Sequence record: NC_070999.1
Direction: 5' to 3' (one strand)
DNA: 64,000 nucleotides
Shown one piece after another: positions 35,941 to 43,750 of the stretch. Below the pieces are notes generated by a model. It made no database searches, had not been told where the DNA came from, and saw only the letters and a list, made by a program, of their open reading frames with translations. A program made the position numbers and the translations under genes. The first letter of the stretch is position 1; every line of letters begins with the position of its first letter.

Positions 35941-36375
35941 ATGAACATCATGAACACTGTAAACACCGAAGCTCTGAAAGCCGCCGTAAACACTTCCTCT
36001 ATTCTGGGTCAAATGGATCTCGAACGGAACTCCTTTGCACAGATGGTAGAAGTAAGCAAGAACGAAGCTATCCTGGGTGAGAACACCAATATCGCAGCTG
36101 CACTGGTCGGGGTCGGTTTGGCTGTTGGTCTGGAACTGGTTTCGAGCAATGGTAACAAACTCTCTGCCACTGTAGCTGCTGTAACCGGTGGAGCGGCGGT
36201 ATACGCTGCTAGCGACGCACTGCGTGGTTATCAGTCTACCGGCACTGCTGTAGTTTCTGGTCTGGTTGCGTACAAACTGTCAGCTATGGCTGGGAGAACT
36301 GTCGCTTCATACTTCCCCGCCGTTAACACAGTAGAACGCGTCATCGAAGTTCCGGTGCAGGTTAATGCCGAGTAA
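35941..36375 (+). CDS. Gly/Ala-rich glycine-zipper-like membrane protein
   Basis: Three small-residue-rich hydrophobic helices; ~50% GC with CTG/GGT/GCT/ACC codons; has its own promoter and a double terminator. Confidence 0.75.
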   Translation: MNIMNTVNTEALKAAVNTSSILGQMDLERNSFAQMVEVSKNEAILGENTNIAAALVGVGLAVGLELVSSNGNKLSATVAAVTGGAAVYAASDALRGYQSTGTAVVSGLVAYKLSAMAGRTVASYFPAVNTVERVIEVPVQVNAE

Positions 36376-36418
36376 GGATCCTTCGGGGTCCTTACAATAA
36401 ACCCCATTGGGGTTTATT
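36372..36418 (+). terminator. tandem double terminator
   Basis: GTAAGGATCC-ttcg-GGGTCCTTAC immediately followed by AATAAACCCC-att-GGGGTTTATT and a T-run. Confidence 0.85.
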
Positions 36419-36433
36419 TTTTTTTATTTCAAA

Positions 36434-36445
36434 GATACTATGAAC
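36434..36445 (+). promoter_or_regulatory. candidate late promoter (TATG)
   Basis: GATACTATGAAC between terminator and ORF 36501. Confidence 0.35.
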
Positions 36446-36500
36446 TTGGGATAACATAATAGTTTCCCTCATTTTTATTTTGTTTATAAAGGATAAATTT

Positions 36501-37298
36501 ATGGCTCAGCTTATTGATCCTCGTCAGTACTTTCTGAACATTATTGCTAAATCCCGTTTGGCTAGCGCCCAGCAAACTGGTGTACAACTTCAAATGGACA
36601 TCGCCAAAGGTCGTTACGAAGATCTGGATATCAGTGAAGTTGTATTTGGTGAAGAACAGTTTGATCAAGAAACTGGTGAGTGGAAAGTAGACATCGCTTG
36701 TAAAGGTCGTAGCTACATGTTAGAAGGTGTTAAGTATCGTTCCGGTACTCTCGCCCCTATGATCAAAGCAAACGCTGTAGAAGCTGCTGGCGAGCTTCTG
36801 GAGATCACCACTCCTGGTTTCTATCTGTTTAATGATCAACTCTATCTCCTCGCTCACAAGACTATGGAAGTATCTGAGCTACTCGCATGGACTGGCTATG
36901 AGATCACTGAGAAACATTACTCAGTAGTTGAGCATGAACAGCGGGACGAAGTTACTAAAGCTGATGCAGAAATTGATGTAGAATACAGTTTCCTTAAAGG
37001 TAAACTGTTTGTAACGTACATTGATTCTATTCCTTCTACTCAAGCAATTGATCTTGATACTGTTGGTATGGATCACGACATTGCTAGACTGGAAGAAACA
37101 CAGCTTGAACACAAAGTAGAAACCAATGGGGAAGAACAACCAGTTACTGAAGAAGTTGTACAGGATGAAGTTGTATCTGAAGAACCAGTAACTGAGACAG
37201 ATACCAGTGTTGCAGAAGCTGAACTTGTACAGGAAGAGGAAGTACAAGCTCCTGTTCAACAAGTTCAAGAAAACCGTAAAGGTAATAAACGTCGCTAA
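36501..37298 (+). CDS. DP..RY N-module protein with acidic low-complexity tail
   Basis: Likely start ATG 36501 (AAGGA RBS); QLIDP-x19-G-x7-A-x2-RYEDL; Glu/Val/Gln-rich C-terminus ending RKGNKRR. Confidence 0.75.
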   Translation: MAQLIDPRQYFLNIIAKSRLASAQQTGVQLQMDIAKGRYEDLDISEVVFGEEQFDQETGEWKVDIACKGRSYMLEGVKYRSGTLAPMIKANAVEAAGELLEITTPGFYLFNDQLYLLAHKTMEVSELLAWTGYEITEKHYSVVEHEQRDEVTKADAEIDVEYSFLKGKLFVTYIDSIPSTQAIDLDTVGMDHDIARLEETQLEHKVETNGEEQPVTEEVVQDEVVSEEPVTETDTSVAEAELVQEEEVQAPVQQVQENRKGNKRR

Positions 37299-37310
37299 GA
37301 CTTTCTAATC

Positions 37311-37340
37311 GAACCTCTTAGCCAACAGGCTAAGGGGTTC
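37311..37340 (+). terminator. intrinsic terminator hairpin
   Basis: GAACCTCTTAGCC-aaca-GGCTAAGGGGTTC. Confidence 0.7.
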
Positions 37341-37385
37341 ATTCCTTCTTTATAATAACTAATTTACGGGACTATTTTCTTTGTT

Positions 37386-37417
37386 CTATATTTTTTCAAG
37401 TAGATATTATTTTAATG
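37386..37417 (+). promoter_or_regulatory. phage early promoter motif (copy 8)
   Basis: CTATATTTTTTCAAGTAGATATTATTTTAATG. Confidence 0.75.
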
Positions 37418-37465
37418 TTATTACGGCATGATCTTCACTTAAGTATAGAAAAGAGAGAATAGAAA

Positions 37466-38131
37466 ATGATTATGATAAATGAGAAAACAATTGCAAATGC
37501 TTTAGCTTTAAGTATTAGTCAAGTAGAATATAAAGACGATCCCCGTTTATATCTCTATGAAGTTAATCAAGTTCTTAATCGTTATAAAACTAATCTGTAT
37601 AAACTAATGGATGAGTCAAAATCCAATATCGATCCTGCTACTGTTATTCAGTTTGTACTTCGTAGTTCTGTCGATATTAGTGGCCAGGGTAATGTAGTAA
37701 ACCTGGTCAGAAAGAACAGTACAATGTTGAAAGTTTATGGTACTCGAGCATACGGACCAGAAGTATATGTGGAATACGAGCCATTTCAATGCGCTATTGA
37801 CATTACAGATAAGTTTCATTCAGAAGCTTTGGCACAGATTCGTGACGATCTATTCTTAAGAGAAACTGGTAATGAAAAACGTCCAGCTTGGCACACCTGT
37901 AATACCACAATGTTGGAACATCCAGATATTCTAGAATCAAGAATGTCAATTGGATTTCAGTTGATCAAATCTGGTCACACCGATGGCTGCTTATCTATTC
38001 TTATGTCAGGAATTATTTACCCTGAAGAACTAGAGAAAGGACGGATGAGATGTCCTATGCAATTTGATCCTGGTGAACCAAAACGTAATCAGAAACAACG
38101 TAAACCTGACGCTTATTACCTTACTGCTTAA
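37466..38131 (+). CDS. hypothetical early protein
   Basis: 221-aa ORF after promoter copy 8. Confidence 0.7.
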   Translation: MIMINEKTIANALALSISQVEYKDDPRLYLYEVNQVLNRYKTNLYKLMDESKSNIDPATVIQFVLRSSVDISGQGNVVNLVRKNSTMLKVYGTRAYGPEVYVEYEPFQCAIDITDKFHSEALAQIRDDLFLRETGNEKRPAWHTCNTTMLEHPDILESRMSIGFQLIKSGHTDGCLSILMSGIIYPEELEKGRMRCPMQFDPGEPKRNQKQRKPDAYYLTA

Positions 38132-38158
38132 TACAATAATAAAATCTAGGGATAAACA

Positions 38159-38746
38159 ATGAAGCAAGATGTTTCTATTAAGAATACTATTACTGAATTG
38201 AGTACTGAAAACTCCGGGTTTTACGGCGTTAGATTTGGTGCTTTGGGAGAACCCTATATAACGTTTTATAAGGATCGATTTAACGTATTATGTTTCGATG
38301 CTAAAACTTGTAGTAAGGTATTTGGGTTTATTCATCGCACTACGGCAATTACAATTGAGATCTCTTGTCAAACTCTGAAAGTTAACTTCTTTTCTAAAGG
38401 GTCTGAACAAGGAATAAGTTTTGCAATTGTTATTAATGACACTGATTATACGACACGTCATATGAGTGCTTCAGACGCTCTTATTTTGATTAAGAGAGAA
38501 TTGATATCTAACTGCATGGATAAGTTGTTAGAACTTCCCTCACGTCGTCGTAAGGCGTTGTGCTCGATGCTCTGGTTAATAAATGATGAACACGTTACTA
38601 AGTACAAGATAGGTCCACGATATAAACTTATCAAACATCGTGGTAGACTTAGATTGTTATTTGGTGATAGTATTGCATCTGATGTTAACTGCATGGAAGA
38701 GTTGACTAAAGATATGTTCGTTCATCAATATCCAGCATCTGTATAA
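38159..38746 (+). CDS. hypothetical early protein
   Basis: AGGGA RBS; followed by a terminator. Confidence 0.7.
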   Translation: MKQDVSIKNTITELSTENSGFYGVRFGALGEPYITFYKDRFNVLCFDAKTCSKVFGFIHRTTAITIEISCQTLKVNFFSKGSEQGISFAIVINDTDYTTRHMSASDALILIKRELISNCMDKLLELPSRRRKALCSMLWLINDEHVTKYKIGPRYKLIKHRGRLRLLFGDSIASDVNCMEELTKDMFVHQYPASV

Positions 38747-38756
38747 AGGAAATAAT

Positions 38757-38786
38757 CCCTCTACTATCCCTAGGGATAGTAGAGGG
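38757..38786. terminator. bidirectional terminator (perfect 30-bp palindrome)
   Basis: CCCTCTACTATCCC-ta-GGGATAGTAGAGGG between convergent genes. Confidence 0.8.
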
Positions 38787-38796
38787 TGGAATATTT

Positions 38797-39432
38797 TTAA
38801 GGATTTGTTTGGCCGGTGATAGTTGCTTCTAACTCTTTAATATAAGTTTGAAGTTCACTAATGGTTTTATTAGCTTCTACCAATTTAACCGTGTCGCTAG
38901 GTTCTTCAGTGATTTGTAATTGACGAGAACGTTCCCAGTTCTCAGCAGTTTCCCTACTAACATATCCGCGAGTCGGAATAGTACCTAAAGTAGTATTAGG
39001 TTCTTTAATTCCAACACTCTCTTTAACATAGTTATTGATATGTTCGATAGCTACATTAAGTCGATCTTTCATAGAAGGAGGGCAAGCACCTAAGCTTACG
39101 ATCAAAGCTAGGTTCTCGTAGACAACACCATCTAAAAGAGGGATACTTTTAAGAAAGGTAGAGAGTACGTATACAGGACCTCTTCCTCTACTAGTTAAAG
39201 AAACCACAACTGCTTTGTTGTCAATAGCAGTTTGAATCTCTTGCTGTGCTTGTTCAGTGGTGTACCCAGCCGGCTGGAACACAGTAGTGAAAAGATCTAT
39301 GTTTAAAGCTTGCATCTCAGGAAGAGTTCTAACAGCCTCCACTGTATAGAAGACTTCTGGATTAACAACCTTATCATAAGGAACATTAGCAACAAATTTA
39401 CCAGCCGAACGGATAGATGGAATATTATTCAT
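38797..39432 (-). CDS. putative virion structural protein
   Basis: Coupled to the upstream minus-strand gene; C-terminal coiled coil; product inferred from position among phiKZ-like late genes. Confidence 0.55.
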   Translation of the reverse strand: MNNIPSIRSAGKFVANVPYDKVVNPEVFYTVEAVRTLPEMQALNIDLFTTVFQPAGYTTEQAQQEIQTAIDNKAVVVSLTSRGRGPVYVLSTFLKSIPLLDGVVYENLALIVSLGACPPSMKDRLNVAIEHINNYVKESVGIKEPNTTLGTIPTRGYVSRETAENWERSRQLQITEEPSDTVKLVEANKTISELQTYIKELEATITGQTNP

Positions 39433-40759
39433 CGATCAACCCATCCTGTACAAATTGGTACCGTGAGATCATGGTTAATTTAACCTTGCTAGAACGTTTG
39501 CTCAAGTAAAGACGATTGTTCTTGATAACACGTTGAATACCTTGTGGAGGTAGTGAGTTAGGTGTAACTACTTCACCTGCTGCTAACAAAGCTTCCAGAT
39601 CTTTAATGAGTAAAGCAGTTTCTTTACTCATCATTCCAGCTTGAGAATCGGAACTTGGAATGAGTTGATAATCAGAGAAGATATTAGTCAGAAGGATTCG
39701 ACCATCACTGTTAGTGGGCTTACCCACCACACCTAGTTTAGCTGATTTATACAAGTGTGGAACGATTTGTAACGATTTTATGATGTCGCTCTGAGGATAA
39801 AAGTCCGCATACTTCTTCGGAAGCACGTCTCCACCTTGGTAGGTGAATATAGGACTGTAAGTGGATCCAAGTGCGGTTTCATTAATCAAACCCAATTCAT
39901 TCCAATACGGCACTACGACAAACTCAAGTGGATTGAACAAATCAGGAATAATTTCTTCCCATTTAGTTTCAGGATACACAGAGTTAGCCAGAATTTGTTT
40001 ACGAATCTCTTCGTAAGTTTCTTCTTCTGCGTCGTTAGGATTCCCGTAATAGATCACCGTCCAATACGCGGTATTCTTTTGGGGTTTATTGATCAGATCA
40101 TAAACATCAAAAGGAAGTACAATACGACGAGTATATGGATCTTGATTACCAACCAAATCGTACACACGTTGTTCGATCTTGTCAGTGGTCTCTTCCGCTA
40201 AGCGATTTTGCACTTCTTTATAGTTGTGCTCAGCAAAGTAGTCGATACCACCAATTGGGAGGGAATGAATTACATAGATTTCTCGGTACGGGAACTCACT
40301 TTCAAAACTACTATTTGCAAACCAGATTTTGAACTCATGAATCACGCCACCTACTTCGTAAGTGAAGCTGATACTTGAGGGTAACCAGATGGCGTTGTTA
40401 GTTACCATCTTAGCCACATCTTTCCACACCCAACCCTGAGTATAGTTCGTTTGTAGAGCCTGCAAACACGCTTGTGAGTTTTCAGACAAGTTTCCTTTCT
40501 TGGCTTCTTCATAGAGCCAATTAATCATTGTCAACACAGGGGTAGCGTGAGTGCTAGGAATTTTCTCATAACGAACATCTGGATTTGCTTGGTTAACACC
40601 TCGGAAACCTACCAGTTGACAAGGTTGATTATTCAAGTAGTAGTAATCCGGAGACTTAGCATAGGTTTTGGTCTCGTTGGTCAACTCTCCAAGTGGAGAT
40701 GTTGAACCATTGAGTACCAGTTCAGTAATAGTGGTAAAACAGCTAAAAAGAGTTGACAT
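39425..40759 (-). CDS. putative virion structural protein
   Basis: 444-aa Pro/Tyr-rich ORF, AAGG RBS; product inferred from context. Confidence 0.55.
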   Translation of the reverse strand: MSTLFSCFTTITELVLNGSTSPLGELTNETKTYAKSPDYYYLNNQPCQLVGFRGVNQANPDVRYEKIPSTHATPVLTMINWLYEEAKKGNLSENSQACLQALQTNYTQGWVWKDVAKMVTNNAIWLPSSISFTYEVGGVIHEFKIWFANSSFESEFPYREIYVIHSLPIGGIDYFAEHNYKEVQNRLAEETTDKIEQRVYDLVGNQDPYTRRIVLPFDVYDLINKPQKNTAYWTVIYYGNPNDAEEETYEEIRKQILANSVYPETKWEEIIPDLFNPLEFVVVPYWNELGLINETALGSTYSPIFTYQGGDVLPKKYADFYPQSDIIKSLQIVPHLYKSAKLGVVGKPTNSDGRILLTNIFSDYQLIPSSDSQAGMMSKETALLIKDLEALLAAGEVVTPNSLPPQGIQRVIKNNRLYLSKRSSKVKLTMISRYQFVQDGLIDE

Positions 40760-40807
40760 AGTTGACCTTTAAGCGTATAATGTTGGTAGTTAATAAAATG
40801 GTGGGCA

Positions 40808-41227
40808 GTGGCGATGCTGATTATATTGCGAGCCCTGGTTAATCGCTGGATTGACCATTTGATGCATGGGACTACGGGTGAAGTCTCTTTAAAACGATTA
40901 CGTCAATTGTTACTGCGTTCAATTGTCATTGCGATAAGTGCAATCACCTTTAGTATAGGATTGACGGTACGATCTCTCATATGGTATTTGGATTCTAGAA
41001 CAATGGAACAGTCGATCAGGAAGATTGACGTACATCTTGTTCAACAACAGGAGAACATCAATGACCTGTTTCGTATTAACAGTGAACAACACAAAGCAAG
41101 TGTTAGACTTACGTCTGAGAACATTGAGTTGAAAAACGACGTGTTCACACTGCTTCGTAAGAACAAACAACTCACCCAAGAAGTAAAAAAGCTAAGGGAA
41201 GAGTTAATTGATCAAACCAAAACTTAA
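40808..41227 (+). CDS. TM plus coiled-coil protein (i-spanin-like architecture)
   Basis: Hydrophobic segment SIVIAISAITFSIGLTV followed by a long heptad region; function not established. Confidence 0.5.
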   Translation: MAMLIILRALVNRWIDHLMHGTTGEVSLKRLRQLLLRSIVIAISAITFSIGLTVRSLIWYLDSRTMEQSIRKIDVHLVQQQENINDLFRINSEQHKASVRLTSENIELKNDVFTLLRKNKQLTQEVKKLREELIDQTKT

Positions 41228-41293
41228 GAGAGGTGATTTAAGACTACACTTGCCATCAGTTGTCTAAAAGTAAACCAACGTACAGGGAACATT

Positions 41294-42718
41294 ATGAATA
41301 TCGTTTATTATCTTGTCAGCTCATTAGTAAAAGATAAAAACGTAGGACTCTCTGGTGGTCATGGTTATACCTACGATCAAACTAAAGAGAGTTCCCGTAA
41401 GCTGATAAAAGACACCCCATCCGGTTACGGTTACTTTGTGAATGGGAGTTATCAAAGTATCCCCGTTGAACAAGTAATGATATTGAATGGTCGTGGTCTT
41501 CGACAGGAGACTGATGTAGATGCATTCTTAGCACATTTGATTGAACTGCTGGAATACGCGGAACGAGAAAACGCTGAGAAGGTATTGATCATTCACGATA
41601 GTGTCAATGGTCAGAAACTCTTGGAAAATAATAAAGTATCTGAAAAGTTTGCTGATAATAACTATGTAAAGAGAGCGCGGGAACTTTACGGCAAACTTAA
41701 AGGTAAGATTATCTTTGACCTTGAGTATTACGCTAAAGGCGGGGAAGGTCCGAAACAAGCTCACAAACAGATGGAACTTGCTCAAGCAATGTTGGAACTA
41801 CCCATTGGGGAACCGGTGAGTATCGATATTGTTACTGTAAAAGAATATAAGAATCCTGAGAACGATTTTAACAAAGTGGTTACAGCGTCTCGTTGGTTCT
41901 TTAATACTGGTGACAAGTCAGAGTTTTACAACATTGATGAAAACGGTTATCGTCGGTACGAGTTTGGTCGGATAGATCCTCAGAAAGCGTATTATGGTAA
42001 AGCTACACCTGATGTCTTTTATTCAGCACTGTTTACCAAAACCCCGATTACTATTTTAGATAAGTTATACGACTTCTGTAAAGCAGTTAAGCCTAATCCG
42101 CTGAATCTGTTAGCAGCAGCAGATGTTGGAATGGTTAAGTCCAAGGAAATTAGTCGTGTAATCGACACCATCCCTGGAACGTTGACTAAGAACGATCTGA
42201 AAGCATCTATGAGTATTGCCGGTGTTACAGATCCTGTATTGGTTAACTTCATTGATCCCCCTGGTTTGAGTTATCGAATTAAAGATTTCCAATATAAGTT
42301 GAAAATGCTTCATTCGTACTTTATGCGCAGGGATGAGAATAACCAATTCCAAAAACAACATTTCTTGGACATCACTGATAAGTTCTTTGAACAAGACGCT
42401 AAAGGTAAATGGAAGATTCATTCTGACTTTACTAATAACACCTTGACTGTGCCTATCATGATCGATGCCCCAGGTTGTGTTAAACAAGTTAAGATTAATT
42501 TGGCTATTCGTTATGACATTCCAGAACGTAACGCTTTGAACAGTATTATCAATAATAAGATACCCGATTTCAAAGTGTGGATTGGATTGGACTTTAATGA
42601 TGACGCTGGTGTGATGTATTACACTGTGATCCAAACACCTGATTTCAACTTGGTACATTGTAACTCATGCGCTTCTCTTCGAGTATATAACTTAAAAGAG
42701 TTGGGAAAAGCTAAATAA
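41294..42718 (+). CDS. RNase H-like protein (phiKZ gp155-like), possibly catalytically degenerate
   Basis: G..GGHGYTY, VLIIHDS and GGEG...A spacing matches the RNase HI-fold N-domain plus a long C-domain; near uvsX as in phiKZ-like phages. Confidence 0.6.
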   Translation: MNIVYYLVSSLVKDKNVGLSGGHGYTYDQTKESSRKLIKDTPSGYGYFVNGSYQSIPVEQVMILNGRGLRQETDVDAFLAHLIELLEYAERENAEKVLIIHDSVNGQKLLENNKVSEKFADNNYVKRARELYGKLKGKIIFDLEYYAKGGEGPKQAHKQMELAQAMLELPIGEPVSIDIVTVKEYKNPENDFNKVVTASRWFFNTGDKSEFYNIDENGYRRYEFGRIDPQKAYYGKATPDVFYSALFTKTPITILDKLYDFCKAVKPNPLNLLAAADVGMVKSKEISRVIDTIPGTLTKNDLKASMSIAGVTDPVLVNFIDPPGLSYRIKDFQYKLKMLHSYFMRRDENNQFQKQHFLDITDKFFEQDAKGKWKIHSDFTNNTLTVPIMIDAPGCVKQVKINLAIRYDIPERNALNSIINNKIPDFKVWIGLDFNDDAGVMYYTVIQTPDFNLVHCNSCASLRVYNLKELGKAK

Positions 42719-42733
42719 CAATATATTGAATAT

Positions 42734-42764
42734 AACCTCTACTCTCCAATGGAGAGTAGAGGTT
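42734..42764. terminator. bidirectional terminator
   Basis: AACCTCTACTCTCC-aat-GGAGAGTAGAGGTT between convergent genes. Confidence 0.8.
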
Positions 42765-42781
42765 TACTTTATGCTTTATTT

Positions 42782-43738
42782 TTATACTTCGAGAGGTTTA
42801 ACACTCTCTTCAGTCATAACAGAATCAAAAATATCCTGCTCCTCACTAAGTACAGCCAAAGCAACACTCTTAAAGATCACAGCCATTTTACCAATCGACT
42901 TAGAACAGCTCTTGATGCAGTTAGCAGTGTGACTAGAAAGGTTAGCTAGATAGTTAGTTACTTTCTTGGAGTAACGATGATCTTGTTCGTTCTCAACTTT
43001 GCCTTCTGCAAGTTTCTTAGTCTGTTCGTTAGACTTCTCAAGAGCAGGGGTAACTTTAGCTTGCAGGGATTTGAAAGCAGAACGCAGTTCAGCGATCTTA
43101 GCACACAGAGTCGCTGCTTCGGTCAAAGACTTAACATCTGCTTCTACTTTCTTACCAACCAGTTTACCCATATCCTGATAAAGAGTGTTGATCTTACTAA
43201 GGTCAGAAGAGAGATCAGGGAAGTCTGCTTTAATCTTTTCAGCAGTTCCTTTGATATCTTTCATAAGTCCGTCTTTATCGATCAAATAAATATCATTCAT
43301 CTTACGAAGACCGACTGTATGAACAACTGTCTCTGGATCGAGTTTAGCAACGTGAGTTTTCAGTTTAGCTTCTGCTTTCTCACGTTCTTCCGGAGACATT
43401 GCAGCCAGAGCTTTATTAATCTTACCAGGGAGTTCATTAGCTGCTTTTACAGTTTTAGCTACCTGTTGATCTTGCTTAGCGCCAGCTGCACCAAAGAAGA
43501 ACTCTTTAATAGATTTGAGCCAAGATTTAATCATCTCGTAGAACTTAACAGCGCCATCTTTGATGGTCTGAACGAAACCCTCATTACCAGCGTACTGGTT
43601 AAAAGAAACACCGTTCAAAGACAAGCAAGTACGAGTGTAAGCTGCGTCACCATCTTTAGCATTGATATCATTATCGAGTGATTCAAAACCGGCCAGCAGA
43701 CTTTGGAAATGTTCTACATCAGAAACAAACACGTTCAT
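42782..43738 (-). CDS. internal head (inner-body-type) protein with propeptide
   Basis: AGFE-S and AGNE-G sites match the S/A/G-x-E cleavage motif of the phiKZ prohead protease, followed by an amphipathic IKDGAVKFYEMIKSWLKSIKEFF helix; Lys/Ala-rich helical body. Confidence 0.7.
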   Translation of the reverse strand: MNVFVSDVEHFQSLLAGFESLDNDINAKDGDAAYTRTCLSLNGVSFNQYAGNEGFVQTIKDGAVKFYEMIKSWLKSIKEFFFGAAGAKQDQQVAKTVKAANELPGKINKALAAMSPEEREKAEAKLKTHVAKLDPETVVHTVGLRKMNDIYLIDKDGLMKDIKGTAEKIKADFPDLSSDLSKINTLYQDMGKLVGKKVEADVKSLTEAATLCAKIAELRSAFKSLQAKVTPALEKSNEQTKKLAEGKVENEQDHRYSKKVTNYLANLSSHTANCIKSCSKSIGKMAVIFKSVALAVLSEEQDIFDSVMTEESVKPLEV

Positions 43739-43750
43739 AAATACAGTCCT

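Noticed and set aside
42977-43681. 234-aa plus-strand ORF, and the many other 60-180-aa antisense or alternate-frame ORFs in the track (e.g. 23910-24356, 42110-42658, 59813-60307)
   Set aside because: They lie wholly opposite or inside well-supported genes, lack SD sequences, and have the Phe/Leu/Ser-rich composition expected of shadow frames.
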